Part shown: positions 50,726 to 64,000 of the stretch, piece by piece
Layout: each line of letters starts with the position of its first letter
How positions within the stretch are numbered: position 1 is the stretch's first letter
DNA from: Octopus sinensis
Lineage: Eukaryota
Reading direction: 5' to 3'
Assembly: GCF_006345805.1 (NCBI RefSeq)
Contig: NC_043002.1
Coordinates: forward strand, 62,124,001-62,188,000
DNA: 64,000 nucleotides
Translations under genes and position numbers: made by a program
Notes under the pieces: generated by a model
Database searches by the model: none
What the model was told of the DNA's origin: nothing
What the model saw: the letters and a program-made list of their open reading frames with translations, nothing else

Positions 50726-51593
50726 CAGAGTGCGGCAAAATGATGTGACACATTTGTAGGTTTAATAAAAGTGAAATAGAGAAATGTGTTTTTAGTTTCA
50801 AAATGTACATATATATACTATTTTATTTTAATTGGTGCTGTTTCATTTAGTTTTCAGCCAACCTGGATTAGACGGGCGAGCATCACGTTTATCAAGAACA
50901 GCGAATTCGTAAGTGCAACACGAAGAGTGTTCCGTGTGCACTTAAGGCTGGTTAGACATGATCCCGTACCTACTCGAAATTCTGCGGCAACAGAATTCGG
51001 CATTTGGTATCCGTACTTCCTCGAAGAAGACAATGTTACAGTGACTGTGAACTCTGATCGATACTGTGTGATGCTAGAGAAGTTTCTGAAACCCAAAATG
51101 AATGAACTTGACGAAAGCGACAATGTTTGGTTTCAACAGGATGGGGAAGCAATCCATTTGCGGTGGGGATTTTGAAGGGGACGTTCCCCGGTCATTTTTA
51201 TCTCGTTGCACGGTGTCATTGTTTGTCACGCTGGCTCACCTAATGTGAACCCGTGCTAGTTATCTCTGTGGTGATAGCTGAAATCAAAGTTAGTGGAAAC
51301 CTGAAATCAAAGGTATGTAGTCATCGCCCTCGATCTATTGGACAATTAAAAGATGTCATTCGAGAAGTAATTGGTGCCATTCCACACGAAATGACCCGCC
51401 GAGTTATGGACACTTTTCGTGAAACCCTTCGACAGTGTGTAGACAGTATTGGCACCCACTTGACATATTTAAAACCAAAGGAAACAAAATGGCATTAAAT
51501 AATGCATTTCTAAAATAAAAACATATTTTCATTATTTACTCTATTTTGCTTTTATTAAACTTACAAATATGTCAGATCATTTTCCGCATCCTG
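50726..51593 (+). mobile_element. Internally deleted Tc1/mariner-superfamily transposon
   Basis: TA-cagagtgcggcaaaatgatgtgacacatttgtaggtttaataaaag...ctttattaaacttacaaatatgtcagatcattttccgcatcctg-TA; encodes VTVNSDRY..ML..WFQQDG and LKSKV..RPRSI.QLK. Confidence 0.9.
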
Positions 51594-51667
51594 TATACAC
51601 ACACATACACACACACACACACACAACATATATATACGTCTGAGTATGTGTGTATGTATGTATGTAG

Positions 51668-51730
<63 letters not shown>

Positions 51731-52170
51731 CCTGTCTATCTGTATGCATGTATGCTTATATATAAACTCTTACACACATATTCACACAGAGTGACAATCA
51801 GAAACACGCATGTATATAACTAGGCCTTTATATATTCAGGGCACAAGAGAGAGGAGAGAAGAGAGAGAGAGAGAGAGAGAGTCACATAGGGGGAAACGGA
51901 GAGTACCAGAGAGAAAGAAAGAATAGGAGAAATGAGCTGATAATCCCGTTCGCAGGCAATTTCTGTTTCAAATATATTTCTCTTTATTATAATATTTATT
52001 GTGATGATTCTTAGTTCATTCCTAGGAGAGCTGATAATAATTCCTGGTATACAGTAAAAAGTGCTCGGATAATTCTTCGAGTTATCCGAGCCGTATCTTT
52101 GAGACCTTAAATCACAACATTGCGCGTTATTTCCATCGACACTCTATGCCATATTTATCCAAAATGTTGT

Positions 52171-52228
<58 letters not shown>

Positions 52229-52686
52229 CAATGCATCTTCAATAAAATTCATATGAGTTTTCATGTCATTGTCTATAAATGTATGCCTATATGTACACAC
52301 ACACACACACACACACACAACACACAAACACACACACACTCACACACACACACAGAGACACTTTTTCATACATGAACATGGAATATAAACGTCTTAAGAA
52401 AATACAAAATCACCATATAATCAATGTCATGAATAGCGAAACGCAAAACCGGTTGACTACAAAAATACTATACCATTTAAAATTTACATTAAATCTTTGT
52501 AAACTGCATTTTCCTTCTTTATTATAAATATATTTTGTGTGTGTATATATATATATACACTTGAAAAAATATTGGAGATCTATACAAATCAAATTTTTAT
52601 ATATAAAAGATGTAGGTGGAAATAGCTAAGAGTTAAGTCTATGACATTTCAGTTTAAGAGGGAATTTGATGGAAATTTATATAAAG

Positions 52687-52725
52687 AAAATATTATCGAT
52701 TTCGATGTATTTCATCAGATATCTG
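52687..52725 (-). ncRNA. Minimal type I hammerhead motif, one substitution from canonical
   Basis: gauau-CUGAUGA-AAUACAUC-GAAA-UCGA-UA-auauu; stem I 5 bp, palindromic AUCGAU stem III; A.C mismatch at 10.1-11.1. Confidence 0.5.
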
Positions 52726-52862
52726 TAACAATCTTAAGTAAAAGCATTTTGTCTTCTGTCTGAGGGTCAAGAACATATTTTTGACCCCCAAACAGAAGAT
52801 AAAATCTTTTTACTTCAAATTTCAACTCAGTTTAGAAATGGAGTTAATGTTATCCATATAAA

Positions 52863-53545
52863 AGGCGGCGAGCTGGCAGAAACGTTACACGTCAGGCGAA
52901 ATGCTTAGGAGTATTTCGTCTGTTTTTTATGTCCTGAGTTCAAATTCCTCTAATGCTTTCAGTATTAGTTACATACTGGAGTCGATCTAATCGACTGGGT
53001 TCCTCCCCCAAAATTTCGGTCCTTGTGCCTAGAGTAAGAAAAGAATATCATCGATATTTCGTTGGTGGCGAGCTGGCAGAATCGTTAACATGGCAAGCGA
53101 AATACTAAGAAACATTTCGTCCGTTTTTTCCGACCGAAATTGATCTGAGATCAAATTTAGCCGAAGTTGACTTTTCCCTATCATCTATTTAAGGTCGATA
53201 AGATTAGTACCCGTTGTGCAATTGAGTCGATGTAATCAACTACCCAATCCTCTAATATTTCAGGTTTTGAGCCTTGAGCAGGAAGGAATATTCATAGTAG
53301 ACAGGAATATTTATGGACGAGAAGGTGGTCAGCTGGCAGAATAGTTACCGGGCTAGGCAAAAGGTTTTAGCGACATTTAATGTCTTTCTAAGCTCATGCT
53401 TTACTAAGCTCAAATTCCGCTGAGCTCGGCTTTGCATTTCATTCTTCAGAGCCCATAAAATAAATACCAGTTGAGCACAGGGAACGATGTAATAGACAAG
53501 TTCCACCTTAGAAATTAGTTGCCTTCTGTCAAAATTTCAAACCAA
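52863..53545 (+). mobile_element. Three head-to-tail SINE family B copies
   Basis: ggc(g/t)g(g/t)cagctggcagaa-type heads at about 52863, 53063 and 53325. Confidence 0.85.
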
Positions 53546-53892
53546 TTTTCATCGCCACTACAACAAATTTAAACATCTTCTTTACTTCTATTTGAACTCC
53601 CGGTGCAAATGTCAGTACGATAAATCCAAGACATTCTATGCACACAGCAATGTAATGGCAGCCAACTACCATCCCGTTTTACATACACATACATACATAT
53701 GTCATATAAATACATATATGTATACACACAAATAGATATATGCATACACACAAACCTGTGTGTAAATATATATATATATATATAAGTATGCGTACATACA
53801 TATATAGATATACTTACATAGATATATAATATTTCTATACATAGGCACACATAATCATAAACACACTCTATTTCTCTGCCTCTCTGTTTCTT

Positions 53893-53926
<34 letters not shown>

Positions 53927-55099
53927 CATATATGATTTTGTGTGTGTAATATATATTTCTTTAGTTACATTTATCCTCTGTGATTTCTACGATTTCCTTC
54001 CGCTTGTGTTTGATGGATTTTTGCTTTCCATAGCAGCAGAGGCGATCTCCCAATATATGCAAATCCATATTTATGAATATGTCAATATGTCAGAGCGGAC
54101 AATAGTAATGCTTGCAGATATATTGCAGAGAACGTAATAAACAGTGAAGTGTTATGAGCTAACCTTTCACTTAATGACATGTGTGAGTTGAATGCTGCCT
54201 GGCCCGAAACACACAAATAGTCAAATAAGTAACCACCCAGAAACACACATAGAGACAAGAAAGAACAAAGACACACACGCGTACAAAGGCAACCACAGGT
54301 CATGTATACACCACACACACACATATATATATTATATATATATATATATACACACACATTAAGTCATACATGCATTTATGTGTATGTGTGCGTCAATATA
54401 CACACACACTTATACATAAATACACACACAAACACACACACACATATATATATATGCTTATATGTAGATAGATGCTGTATTTATAAATAAATGTGTGTGT
54501 GTGTGTTTGTGAATTTGTGTGATAATAGACTTGGTCGGATATGTTCGCCTCTATAGACAAATATCTTTGAGCGCAGACACATTAAACTGAAATCATACGT
54601 ACATGAAAAAGCTCTCACAAACACACATATATACATGCTAACGCACACATACATACACACATGTGTGTATATATATATGCACACACACATACACACACAC
54701 ACGCTTATGCACACCCATTTCCAATCTTACTTTCATATTCCCGGAAGGATGAAGCGGACACAAGACCCAAGTGAAATTTAAAACTTGCCAGAACATAATG
54801 GCCTGATATCCGGTTCTTTACGTATATATGTATAGACTGCCATATACAACAACCTTAGCAATAACGAATCCTTTCATTGATTCAATAAAAATGTGTCTAA
54901 GTGAAGTATACAGTCGTCTGATTTCACAATCAATAATATTATCCAACATATTACAGGTAAATATCGTATGAACTACGCTACTAAGGTACCACAGACACCG
55001 TTTTTTACAGCGCAACGTAAAATGTTTTAATGTCATAAGCGAATGAATTTTTAAGCTAGCATCGAGCTTTTACGATTGTTCTCCGATCTCAGAACATTC

Positions 55100-55205
55100 A
55101 TGTGTGGCTGTCTGGTAAGAAGTTTGCTTTCCAACCACATGGTTACGCGTTCAGTCCCACTTCTTGCCACCTGTGCAAGTATCTTCTACTGTAGCCTCGA
55201 GACGA
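55100..55205 (+). mobile_element. SINE family A head
   Basis: gtggctgtctggtaagaagtttgctttccaaccacatggttacgcgttcagtcccact. Confidence 0.8.
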
Positions 55206-55548
55206 CTAATCTGATAATGGTTTCGAAACACGTTCGTGTACTTCGCGAAGAAAGTATATTCGCTGCAGTCGGTTATGTCAACAAAGTGAGTGAAGCCAAA
55301 TGAAATTTCATAAAGGGATGGAAGAATCTACGGTGCACATACTTATAAAAGAAAGGCCTTGCAAGAGTAACCAATGTAAAAGTCCGTGGATACTGCTGTC
55401 ATCTAAAAGCCGAGGGTGGCTGATTGATTAGAGTCGCCGAAGTGCAAGGCTTAGAACCAATTTAATAAGGATAATACGTATCATATTTTGTAATATATTA
55501 ACAAGACTGATATTATAATACGTATCTATCTATCTATCTTTATATATA

Positions 55549-55592
<44 letters not shown>

Positions 55593-55619
55593 TATTATTA
55601 TATATATATATATATCTCA

Positions 55620-55874
55620 TATATATATATGTATGTGTGTATGTATATATGCAAGTCTATGTGTGTGTGTCTTTGTTTCTTTCCCTCATTACTGCTTTAC
55701 AACTGGTGTTCCTTTATTTACGTCCCCATAACCTACTGGTTTTACAAGAAGAAACTGACAGAATAAGTAACAGGCTTATCAAATGAAAAAAAAGCACTAG
55801 GCAGTGTCTCATATTGTTTGCCCACTCAGTTGTATCTATCATTTATCTTTGAATGTGTTTACATACATACATAC

Positions 55875-55922
<48 letters not shown>

Positions 55923-55976
55923 TATCTATAATATATATTATTTCGTAGACAGGAACTGAAACAAATCATCGTAATA

Positions 55977-56046
<70 letters not shown>

Positions 56047-56270
56047 GTATGTATATATGTAAGTGTATGTGTGTGTCTTTGTCTCTGTGTTTCGCCCTCG
56101 TCACTGCTTCACAAATGCTGTTCTTTTATTTACATCCCTATAATTTACTGGTTTCACAAGAACAACTAATAGAATAAATCCCAGCTTATCAACATAAAAA
56201 AAACCTAGGCTGTGTCTCATATAGTTGTTTGCCCACTCAGTTGTATCTATCAATTTATCTTGTATGTGTG
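55620..56270 (+). repeat. Old ~420-bp tandem duplication of a SINE A 3' half plus flank
   Basis: gtgtctcatat..tgtttgcccactcagttgtatctatc occurs at about 55805 and 56215. Confidence 0.7.
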
Positions 56271-56305
56271 TGTGTATATATATGTATATATATATACATA
56301 TAATA

Positions 56306-56361
<56 letters not shown>

Positions 56362-56368
56362 TATATGT

Positions 56369-56419
<51 letters not shown>

Positions 56420-56435
56420 GTATATATATGTATTA

Positions 56436-57586
56436 TATAACACCCTAATGGGGGCCTTAACTCCCCCAATTTTATTCATTTCTCTTATGATCCAAGTCTA
56501 TGTCAAAAGTACTGAATGGATCTTTATGAAATTTGGAAATTATATTCTAGGTATAAGGGCCATAACCCCCATGACAATTCATATATTTTTGCTGTTGATA
56601 AAATTTTAACCATAGATATTAGACACAAATGAAGTAATATTTATAAAATTTCATCTCCTTACAAGTTAGAAAGGCCCTTCCATAATTTTGTCATTTCATC
56701 TAAGCAACACGAATACAGTTGTGCTCTTGGAAGCTGTAGGGTTACCCGAGCATTATTTGTAATTCAATGGTACAACAGTGTAACAGTTTGCTTTGACATA
56801 CACTTACATTGTGATTTCTGCAATGTGGGGCATAAATTGTCAATTAATGACTCCATTGATTCAGTTGCAAAGTGTTGAGTAAATTTATTTGATTGCAGAC
56901 CTTCTTTCAGTCTTTTTATTATCGCTTGGTCACACATAGTCCCCACACGGTAACATTGATTTCAAGGCCTTCCCAGATGAGTGACTAGTTATTCAAAGAC
57001 ATTTATAGATTGTAAATTTATTCTGTCCAGTTACATATCTGTATAGTGATCATTTGCAAACTCCAGGGGTGAAACTTTAATTTCTTCTTAGCCCTCACGT
57101 CACACAGTTGTTAATGTTTATTTCAGTTGCGTCACGCCCTACCAATTGCTATAGATTCGGAATGCATCTTACGGCTGTGCCTGTCACCTGGATGGTGAGA
57201 AATCCTACATTGGAAGTGGTAACGACTAGGGTAGCTGACTGCTTATTGTGATCATTCGTCTTTTGGTTTCCTGTAGCTTTGCTCTCTTTTGCAAACCCAA
57301 CTTACTTCTCACATTTTAGCGCTCCGTGACCTTCAATTTTTCAGGAGCAAAATCTTTTTAACAGGTTCAATAAGACTGGAATTTTGGAATATGCGCATAA
57401 AAATCAGTAGTATGGGGTACATGTAATACAATTACTTTTTAGGCTGTGTAAAGAGGGAAATAACCCTCATCTGCAATTTTGATGAAATTCGAAACATAGA
57501 TATTCCAGTTCATTACAGAAAATATAACAGAAAAGTCTAATTCTTCAATTGCATGTAACACGGGCAACGCCGGGTATCTCTGCTAG
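56436..57586 (+). mobile_element. Non-autonomous Helitron/Helentron-like element (composite)
   Basis: Subterminal atggatctttatgaaatttgg; 3' hairpin cacgggcaacgccggg then CTAG at 57583-57586. Confidence 0.5.
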
Positions 57587-57592
57587 TATGTA

Positions 57593-57624
<32 letters not shown>

Positions 57625-58408
57625 ATGTATGTATGTATATATATATGTATATATATAGACAGATCGATAGATAGAAAAGACATGATAACCATTACATGTA
57701 AGCATATATATGTATTCCCGTCAGAATAATGCACCGAATGCTTCCAACCAAGCGATAGTGACAGAAGTGATAAACATTGCACACATCCTGTTATAGATTT
57801 TCTATATGTGTATTAAGAGATGTGCACAAATGCATGTGTACGTGCGTATTTCTCTATTGGGATAATCCACAGACAAGTGTACTTCAACTACACACCTTAG
57901 ACTATTTAAAAACGTGTTATTTCTCATCGAAAGTGTTCAATAAGTAATTCGAAATTAATTAAGTTAGTGTTCTGAAAACTGTATCTGTCTGAAGAAAAAT
58001 AGAACTGAATGAGTAAATGTTTGCTATATTGAAGAAGCATAGACATACACATATACGCAATGGGCGCGCGGGTTCACACACAGACACAAACATTTACACA
58101 CGTAGAAACCCAAGCATATTCAGAGAACCACTGGTAGGTATGGATATAGCTAAATGTCGAATCTGTGTGTGCGTATGTGTCTGAGAGTGTGTTTCAGAGT
58201 GTGTGTGTGTGTGTCCCCGCTCGTGTGTGCGTGTGAAAACGCGTGTATGTACGAGGTCAAGGATGTCATATAAATATTAGTGGTTAAAAAATGCATTTTG
58301 AATAAAAGGAATCAACTTCTAATATACTACTTCAATGTTAAAGTAAATACATATTCCATGTCTGTTTATCTGTCTGTTTAACTATCTATCTATCTATCTA
58401 TCTATCTA

Positions 58409-58443
<35 letters not shown>

Positions 58444-58487
58444 TTATATCTATCTGCCTATCTCTCTATATAATATATATAATATAT

Positions 58488-58538
<51 letters not shown>

Positions 58539-58590
58539 TACATATATGTATAAATATATATGTATAAATATAGTATTCAAATATATATAA

Positions 58591-58655
58591 AAGTTTGGAT
58601 TTATTCCCTAATATTTATTATTATATTTATACATATATATATATATATATATATC

Positions 58656-58701
<46 letters not shown>

Positions 58702-59047
58702 GTGTATAAATATAATAATAAATATTAGAGAATAAATCCAAACTTACAGGGAAAAATCAGATTTAGGATTGAATCCAATTTTATAGTAAAATATCATATT
58801 ATATTGAATTAGAGATAAAACCACTATTAGGCAAATCATACAATGAAAAACTTAAGCCAATACATAAGATTATTTAATTTATATTATTTAAATATATAAC
58901 AAAATTAGTGTTATATTAATTATATTTTTTTTAATAATTTTGTTATATATTTAAATAATATAAATTAAATAATCTTATGTATTGGCTTAAGCTTTTCATT
59001 GTAGGATTTGCCTAATAGTGGGTTTATCTCTAATTTAATATAATATG
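58591..59047. repeat. Nested inverted repeats (43-bp arms around (TA)n; 113-bp arms around a 27-bp spacer)
   Basis: 58591-58633 vs 58703-58745 (1 mismatch); 58795-58907 vs 58935-59047 (4 mismatches by eye). Confidence 0.9.
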
Positions 59048-59093
<46 letters not shown>

Positions 59094-60071
59094 ATATATA
59101 CTCACACACTCATATAACATACGATGGAAATCTAATCACAATGAGATCCAATGTTTGTAAAAACCAATTGAAGGCGTCTGCTTCTATAAAATTTATTTTT
59201 TAACGATATTAAATATGTTAATCGACACATTATCATCCATGAACTTCGCGTTATCAACAGGGAATAATATGTCTACCATAGAAAGGGAACTTTCAACCAA
59301 AATGCTCAGATACTCCTGATATAATTTCTGCTATATAGAGCATCGAACTATTAATCCTCAGAGACCACCTACATAAATTTCCAAAGTACCAATCAATTAG
59401 AGTTTAAGGCTTGTTTTTGCTGTCACGAGTGGCGAATTAGGCAAATGCATAAATGAGATGATTCACTAAGAAAAAAATATTTTTTCTCCATTTTCTGATA
59501 AGCCAATTGTGATATATCTAAGTACCATTTCCCCACTTATCACCGTTGATGGTGACAAGAGACGTTTAGTAATTGCTACGCTCGCATAGTATTCAAATTT
59601 ATGAGGCTTCCAGCCAATGATTTTAGTTGACACACGGATGGTAATGCGGTCTTTTACCTCGGCTGTCACCTTTGCCGACATAGTTCAATAAATATCAGCC
59701 AATGCTACTTCGATTCCGCCATCTGAACTTCGGTTCCTGTCCAGAATTATGCTTGCTGACAGGATTGTAGAAATATTAAACAATTTAGTAGTTTTAGTGA
59801 CTGAAATTCTAGCCATCTGCAACTCAACAAAGAGAGAGAGAGAGAGAGTGTGTGGGAGGGGGGGAGAAAGAAAGCGAGACAGAAAACCGAAAAAGAGAGA
59901 AATAAACAGGAACCAATAAATACATTAGATTTATCAATATAGTTAACATTTGAGAACTGGTTATAGACTCACCAAAATCCCTTCCTCCTTCTCTTTCTTC
60001 CTCTCTCTGTTTCTGTATCTATAGGTCTCTATTTATCTATGTATACATCAACGGTGAAATACATATACATT

Positions 60072-60103
<32 letters not shown>

Positions 60104-60136
60104 TATATATATATATATATATTATATATATACAGA

Positions 60137-60222
<86 letters not shown>

Positions 60223-60255
60223 TATATATATTATATATATATATTATATATATAC

Positions 60256-60296
<41 letters not shown>

Positions 60297-60333
60297 ACAT
60301 TTATATATATATATATATAATATATATATATAG

Positions 60334-60402
<69 letters not shown>

Positions 60403-60406
<4 letters not shown>

Positions 60407-61223
60407 TTAAATCCTTAAAAATGTTGTTAGCCAGAAGGCCGCGGCCATGCTGGGGCACCACCGCTGAATGAGCCACACTAGTTTGTGAATCCACCTCTGA
60501 TACGTGGCACTTGATCAACAAGGGAGTTCGATGCTGCTGCCCGCATCCGCGTCTCCTGTCGTGAGGTAGGTTCATCTGGGACTTCCAACAAGAAGAGATC
60601 CAGTTTAGTTTTAAAGAAACCCACATCCACACCATGTAAGTCTCTCAGGCATTTAGGGGGGATGTTGAAAAGCTGTGGTCCTCTGAAACCCAAGCTGTTG
60701 CAGTATCTGGACCTGTATTTTGATGGTGATGTTGGAATCCTTGGCACCACGCAGCGGCGCCCCGTTCTGCGGTTGGAGTAACTTTGAATGCCAAAGTTTG
60801 GGATAAGACCCTCCAGGATTTTCCAGATGTATATTACTGCATATCTCCAGCCCGCCTCCGCTCCAGGGAGAAGAGTTTAATACCTTCAGTCTTTCCCAGT
60901 AGCTGACATTTTGCATTGAGACGATTTTCTTTGTGTAGCTTCTCTGAGTTGCTTCGAGTTCTGCTGTTTGTTTTATATTGTGTGGTGACCAAAGTTGGGA
61001 GCAGTAGTCCAAGCGGCTGAGGACAAATGTTTTCCATAGGACCATCAGTGTCTCCTTCTCTCTTGTTCTGAAAGTTCGGAGAATCCATCCAGCTAGCCGT
61101 CTGCATTTTATCACCAGATTAGCAATATGCATTTGGAAAGATGCATCATTGCTCATGTCAATGCCCAGGTCACGCACTGATTTTGACTCAGGGATTGCAA
61201 TTCTTCCTGGGCCATTCTTCCTG
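60403..61223 (-). mobile_element. CR1-clade LINE, 5'-truncated 3' end
   Basis: VRDLGI.MS.D.SF..HI..LV.KC..LAGWILRTF..SRLDYCSQLWSP..LE..QR..TK..YWERL..L.LFSLERRR; tail (TTTAAGGA)2; one frameshift near 60860. Confidence 0.9.
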
Positions 61224-61512
61224 TATATATATATATATTATATATATATATACAGATATATATAATATTATATATATATATATTATATATATATAATATA
61301 TATTATATATATATAATATATACATATATATATAAATATATGTATATAAATATATACATATATATATACATATATACATATATACATAGATATATAGATA
61401 ATAATATATATATATGTGTGTATATACATACATATATATGCATATATATGTTTGTATGTATACATATGTATATATATATAAGTGTGTATATATAAACATA
61501 CATATATTGATT

Positions 61513-61548
<36 letters not shown>

Positions 61549-62620
61549 TGTGTATGCGTGCATGTGTATTCCAATCCTATGCGTTTGAGATCTGCGTTTG
61601 TGCGTATGTAAGCGTCCATGTTTGTGTATGCATCAGTGCGTGTGTATTGTATTCATATGTGAACATATTCCACGGCTATGGTGTCATATTGCATAGTTCA
61701 TAATTTTATATTGGCATATAATATAGTTGTTAGCTATAAAATATAGCACACGTGTATATCTGTATGCATATGCATGTATATGTGCGTACGTATGTGAACA
61801 TGTGTGTGTGCGTATTAGCTCAACAAAAGGTGAGTAGAGTAGATGTCTGAGCCGTTTGTCTCAACAACCAATACTTTACCGTCTACTTCTTATTTCACCT
61901 TCATACTTCGCCTCCCTATCCGTTTCATCTATTCCCTGTCTTCCTCCCGTTTCTCTGCGACTACAACGTATGTCCATGCCTGCATTGTATCATGTTGTTC
62001 TGATGAGATAGTTAAAGAGCTCACATTCTTAAGATGTTTCAACTGTCACTTTTAATACTAAATACTGCTGCTCTTTAGGACAGGCCTAAGAACCTACTTA
62101 TACGATTATAATTGATTCCGATTGGTTGTTGTGTTATTACACAGGACACATAATATGATCTCAGAGTCAAGTCAGACAGACAAGAAGACGAGGTAGGTTT
62201 AAAAGATGGAAAGAAATAAAAGAAAATGAGAAGAAACAACGGATTGATAAAAGAAGAAGAATAGTAAAAAAAAATCGAATAGAGACAGGAATAAGAAAGA
62301 CAAATGAAAGTAGAAATTATAAATGTTACGTTAGAAAAACTGAGTTTGAAGAATTGGCAGAAGAAAGAAAATATGATGCAAAAACAGTTATGAATGAAAC
62401 GTGATTAAGTGATAGAAAGAGAAATAAAAGCAGGGTAGAAATATAAAGATGGTGGGAGTGATGAATATAAATCAAGAGACACTAAATGAATGAAATAATT
62501 GAAGGATTGAATAATAGGAACAAAAAGAAAGAAAGAAATTGAAGAAAAAGATCTGAAAGAGAGAGTATAAACTGAACGAAATTTCGAAACACACACACAA
62601 GAAAACAACTCAAAACACAA

Positions 62621-62932
62621 TGTTGTTATTGTTGTTTGTTCCTTCTCAATCCCTGCCTGGCTCATTAGGGCCGGTTTCCCGGTTTCCTTGGCGTATAGGC
62701 TCCCCACCTGGACGGGACGCCGGTCCGTCGTAGGTGAACTTCAAGATGCATGTGGAAAGAGTGAGAGAAATTTGTGGCGAAGGAGTCAGCAGAAGTTCGC
62801 CATTACCTTCTGCCGGAGCCGCGTGGAGCTTAGGCGTTTCGCTCATAAACACACACATCGCCTGGTCTGAGATTCCAACCCGCGATTCTCGACCGTGAGT
62901 CCGCTGCTCTAACCACTAGGCCATGTGCCTCC
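62621..62932 (-). mobile_element. tRNA-derived SINE family C
   Basis: Head ggaggcacatggcctagtggttagagcagcggact..gggttggaatctc; body gacggaccggcgtcccgtccagg; (CAA)n tail. Confidence 0.8.
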
Positions 62933-62989
62933 ACAGAAACACAATGTAAGGTAAATAAAAGAAAGAAAAAATATTTTTGAAATGAAAAA

Positions 62990-63362
62990 GTGATACTTAC
63001 CAACCACATGGTTCCGAGTTCACTGTTACTGCGTGGCACCTTGGGCAAGTGTCTTCTCCTATGGCCTAGGGCCGACCAAAGCCTTGTGAGTAGATATGGT
63101 AGATGGAAACTGGAAGAAGCCCTTCATATATTATATATATATATATGTGTGTGTGTGTCTGTGTGTGTGTTTTCCCCCCAACATCGCTTGACAACCAATG
63201 CTGTTGTGTTTCCGTCTCCGTCATCTAGCGGTTCGGCAAAAGCGGCCGATAGAATAAGTACTAGGCTTACAAAGAATAAGTCCTGCGGTCGATTTACTTG
63301 ATTAAAGGCGGTGCTCCACTATGGCCGCAGTCAAATGAGTGAAAGAATTAAACGAATAAAAG
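62990..63362 (+). mobile_element. SINE family A, near full-length with internal microsatellite
   Basis: ccaaccacatggttccgagttcac..ggcaccttgggcaagtgtc..ggcggtgctccactatggccgcagtcaaatg. Confidence 0.9.
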
Positions 63363-64000
63363 AATATTCACTAAAATATCAAAGAATAAAAGAATTAGAG
63401 TAGAAAGTTTAAGATAAATTTAAAAGATATATGATTGAGAAAGTCAGAAACACAGTCTCACACCTTTACTATGTTCAGTCATTGGAATACGGCGATGCTG
63501 TAGCAGCGTCTGGCAGAGTTAAGTGAACAGTTACCTAACTCTGAGAGTAAGTCGGTTTAAGTCTGGTAAATATGTTGTTGCTATCTTATGTGAAATCGCG
63601 AAGTTGCGCAGACGTAAACAAATTAACTCATGGTGTTAAAAACAGTGTGAGAACTTTCATATCCAAAGAAAACACTCAGACGCTTACACACACTCGTAGA
63701 CACAAGAGCAAATACGTACGCACACATACATGCATAGAGAGATATACATATACCGATGCACATACCGGTGTGCATAATATGTATTATACGTACATAAATA
63801 TCTAATTGCACAATCGGTAATGTGTTGACACACGAATATCTCCAATAGATTTGAATATTTAAAACACAGACCTTTGCTCCGATCGACGGTAGATCAACAC
63901 ACCCTGTGCCTTGAATTTGCTTTTTCCCCTTAATGCCCAATAAACTAAACATTTTGAGAAAAACCTAGAAATGGCTTTTTTGTGGTTAGGAATCAGTGGA

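Noticed and set aside
61995-62050. CTGATGAG as a hammerhead
   Set aside because: The nearby GAAAC is on the opposite strand.

Overview
AT-rich, repeat-dominated eukaryotic DNA, most likely intronic or intergenic sequence from a coleoid cephalopod (Octopus-like). That assignment is inferred from the SINE types and the dense (TA)n/(CA)n/(TAA)n microsatellites. No host protein-coding gene could be identified; only weak candidate exons were seen, and most ORF-track entries are microsatellite artefacts. Supportable content: three tRNA-derived SINE families (about 35 copies or fragments); Penelope-like element (PLE) pieces (GIY-YIG, RT, terminal repeats); Dong/R4 RLE-LINE fragments; a CR1-like LINE 3' end; an ORF1-only L1/Tx1-like element; Tc1/mariner and piggyBac-like MITEs; and two non-autonomous Helitron-like elements. 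The most interesting signals are (1) many type I hammerhead ribozyme motifs, including a ~504-bp head-to-tail tandem repeat with one hammerhead per unit (retrozyme/circRNA-like architecture), and (2) a ~550-585-bp non-coding element found three times, always inside (TAA)n arrays and in the same orientation as neighbouring Dong/R4 fragments. All structures were read by eye; none was folded computationally or searched against databases.
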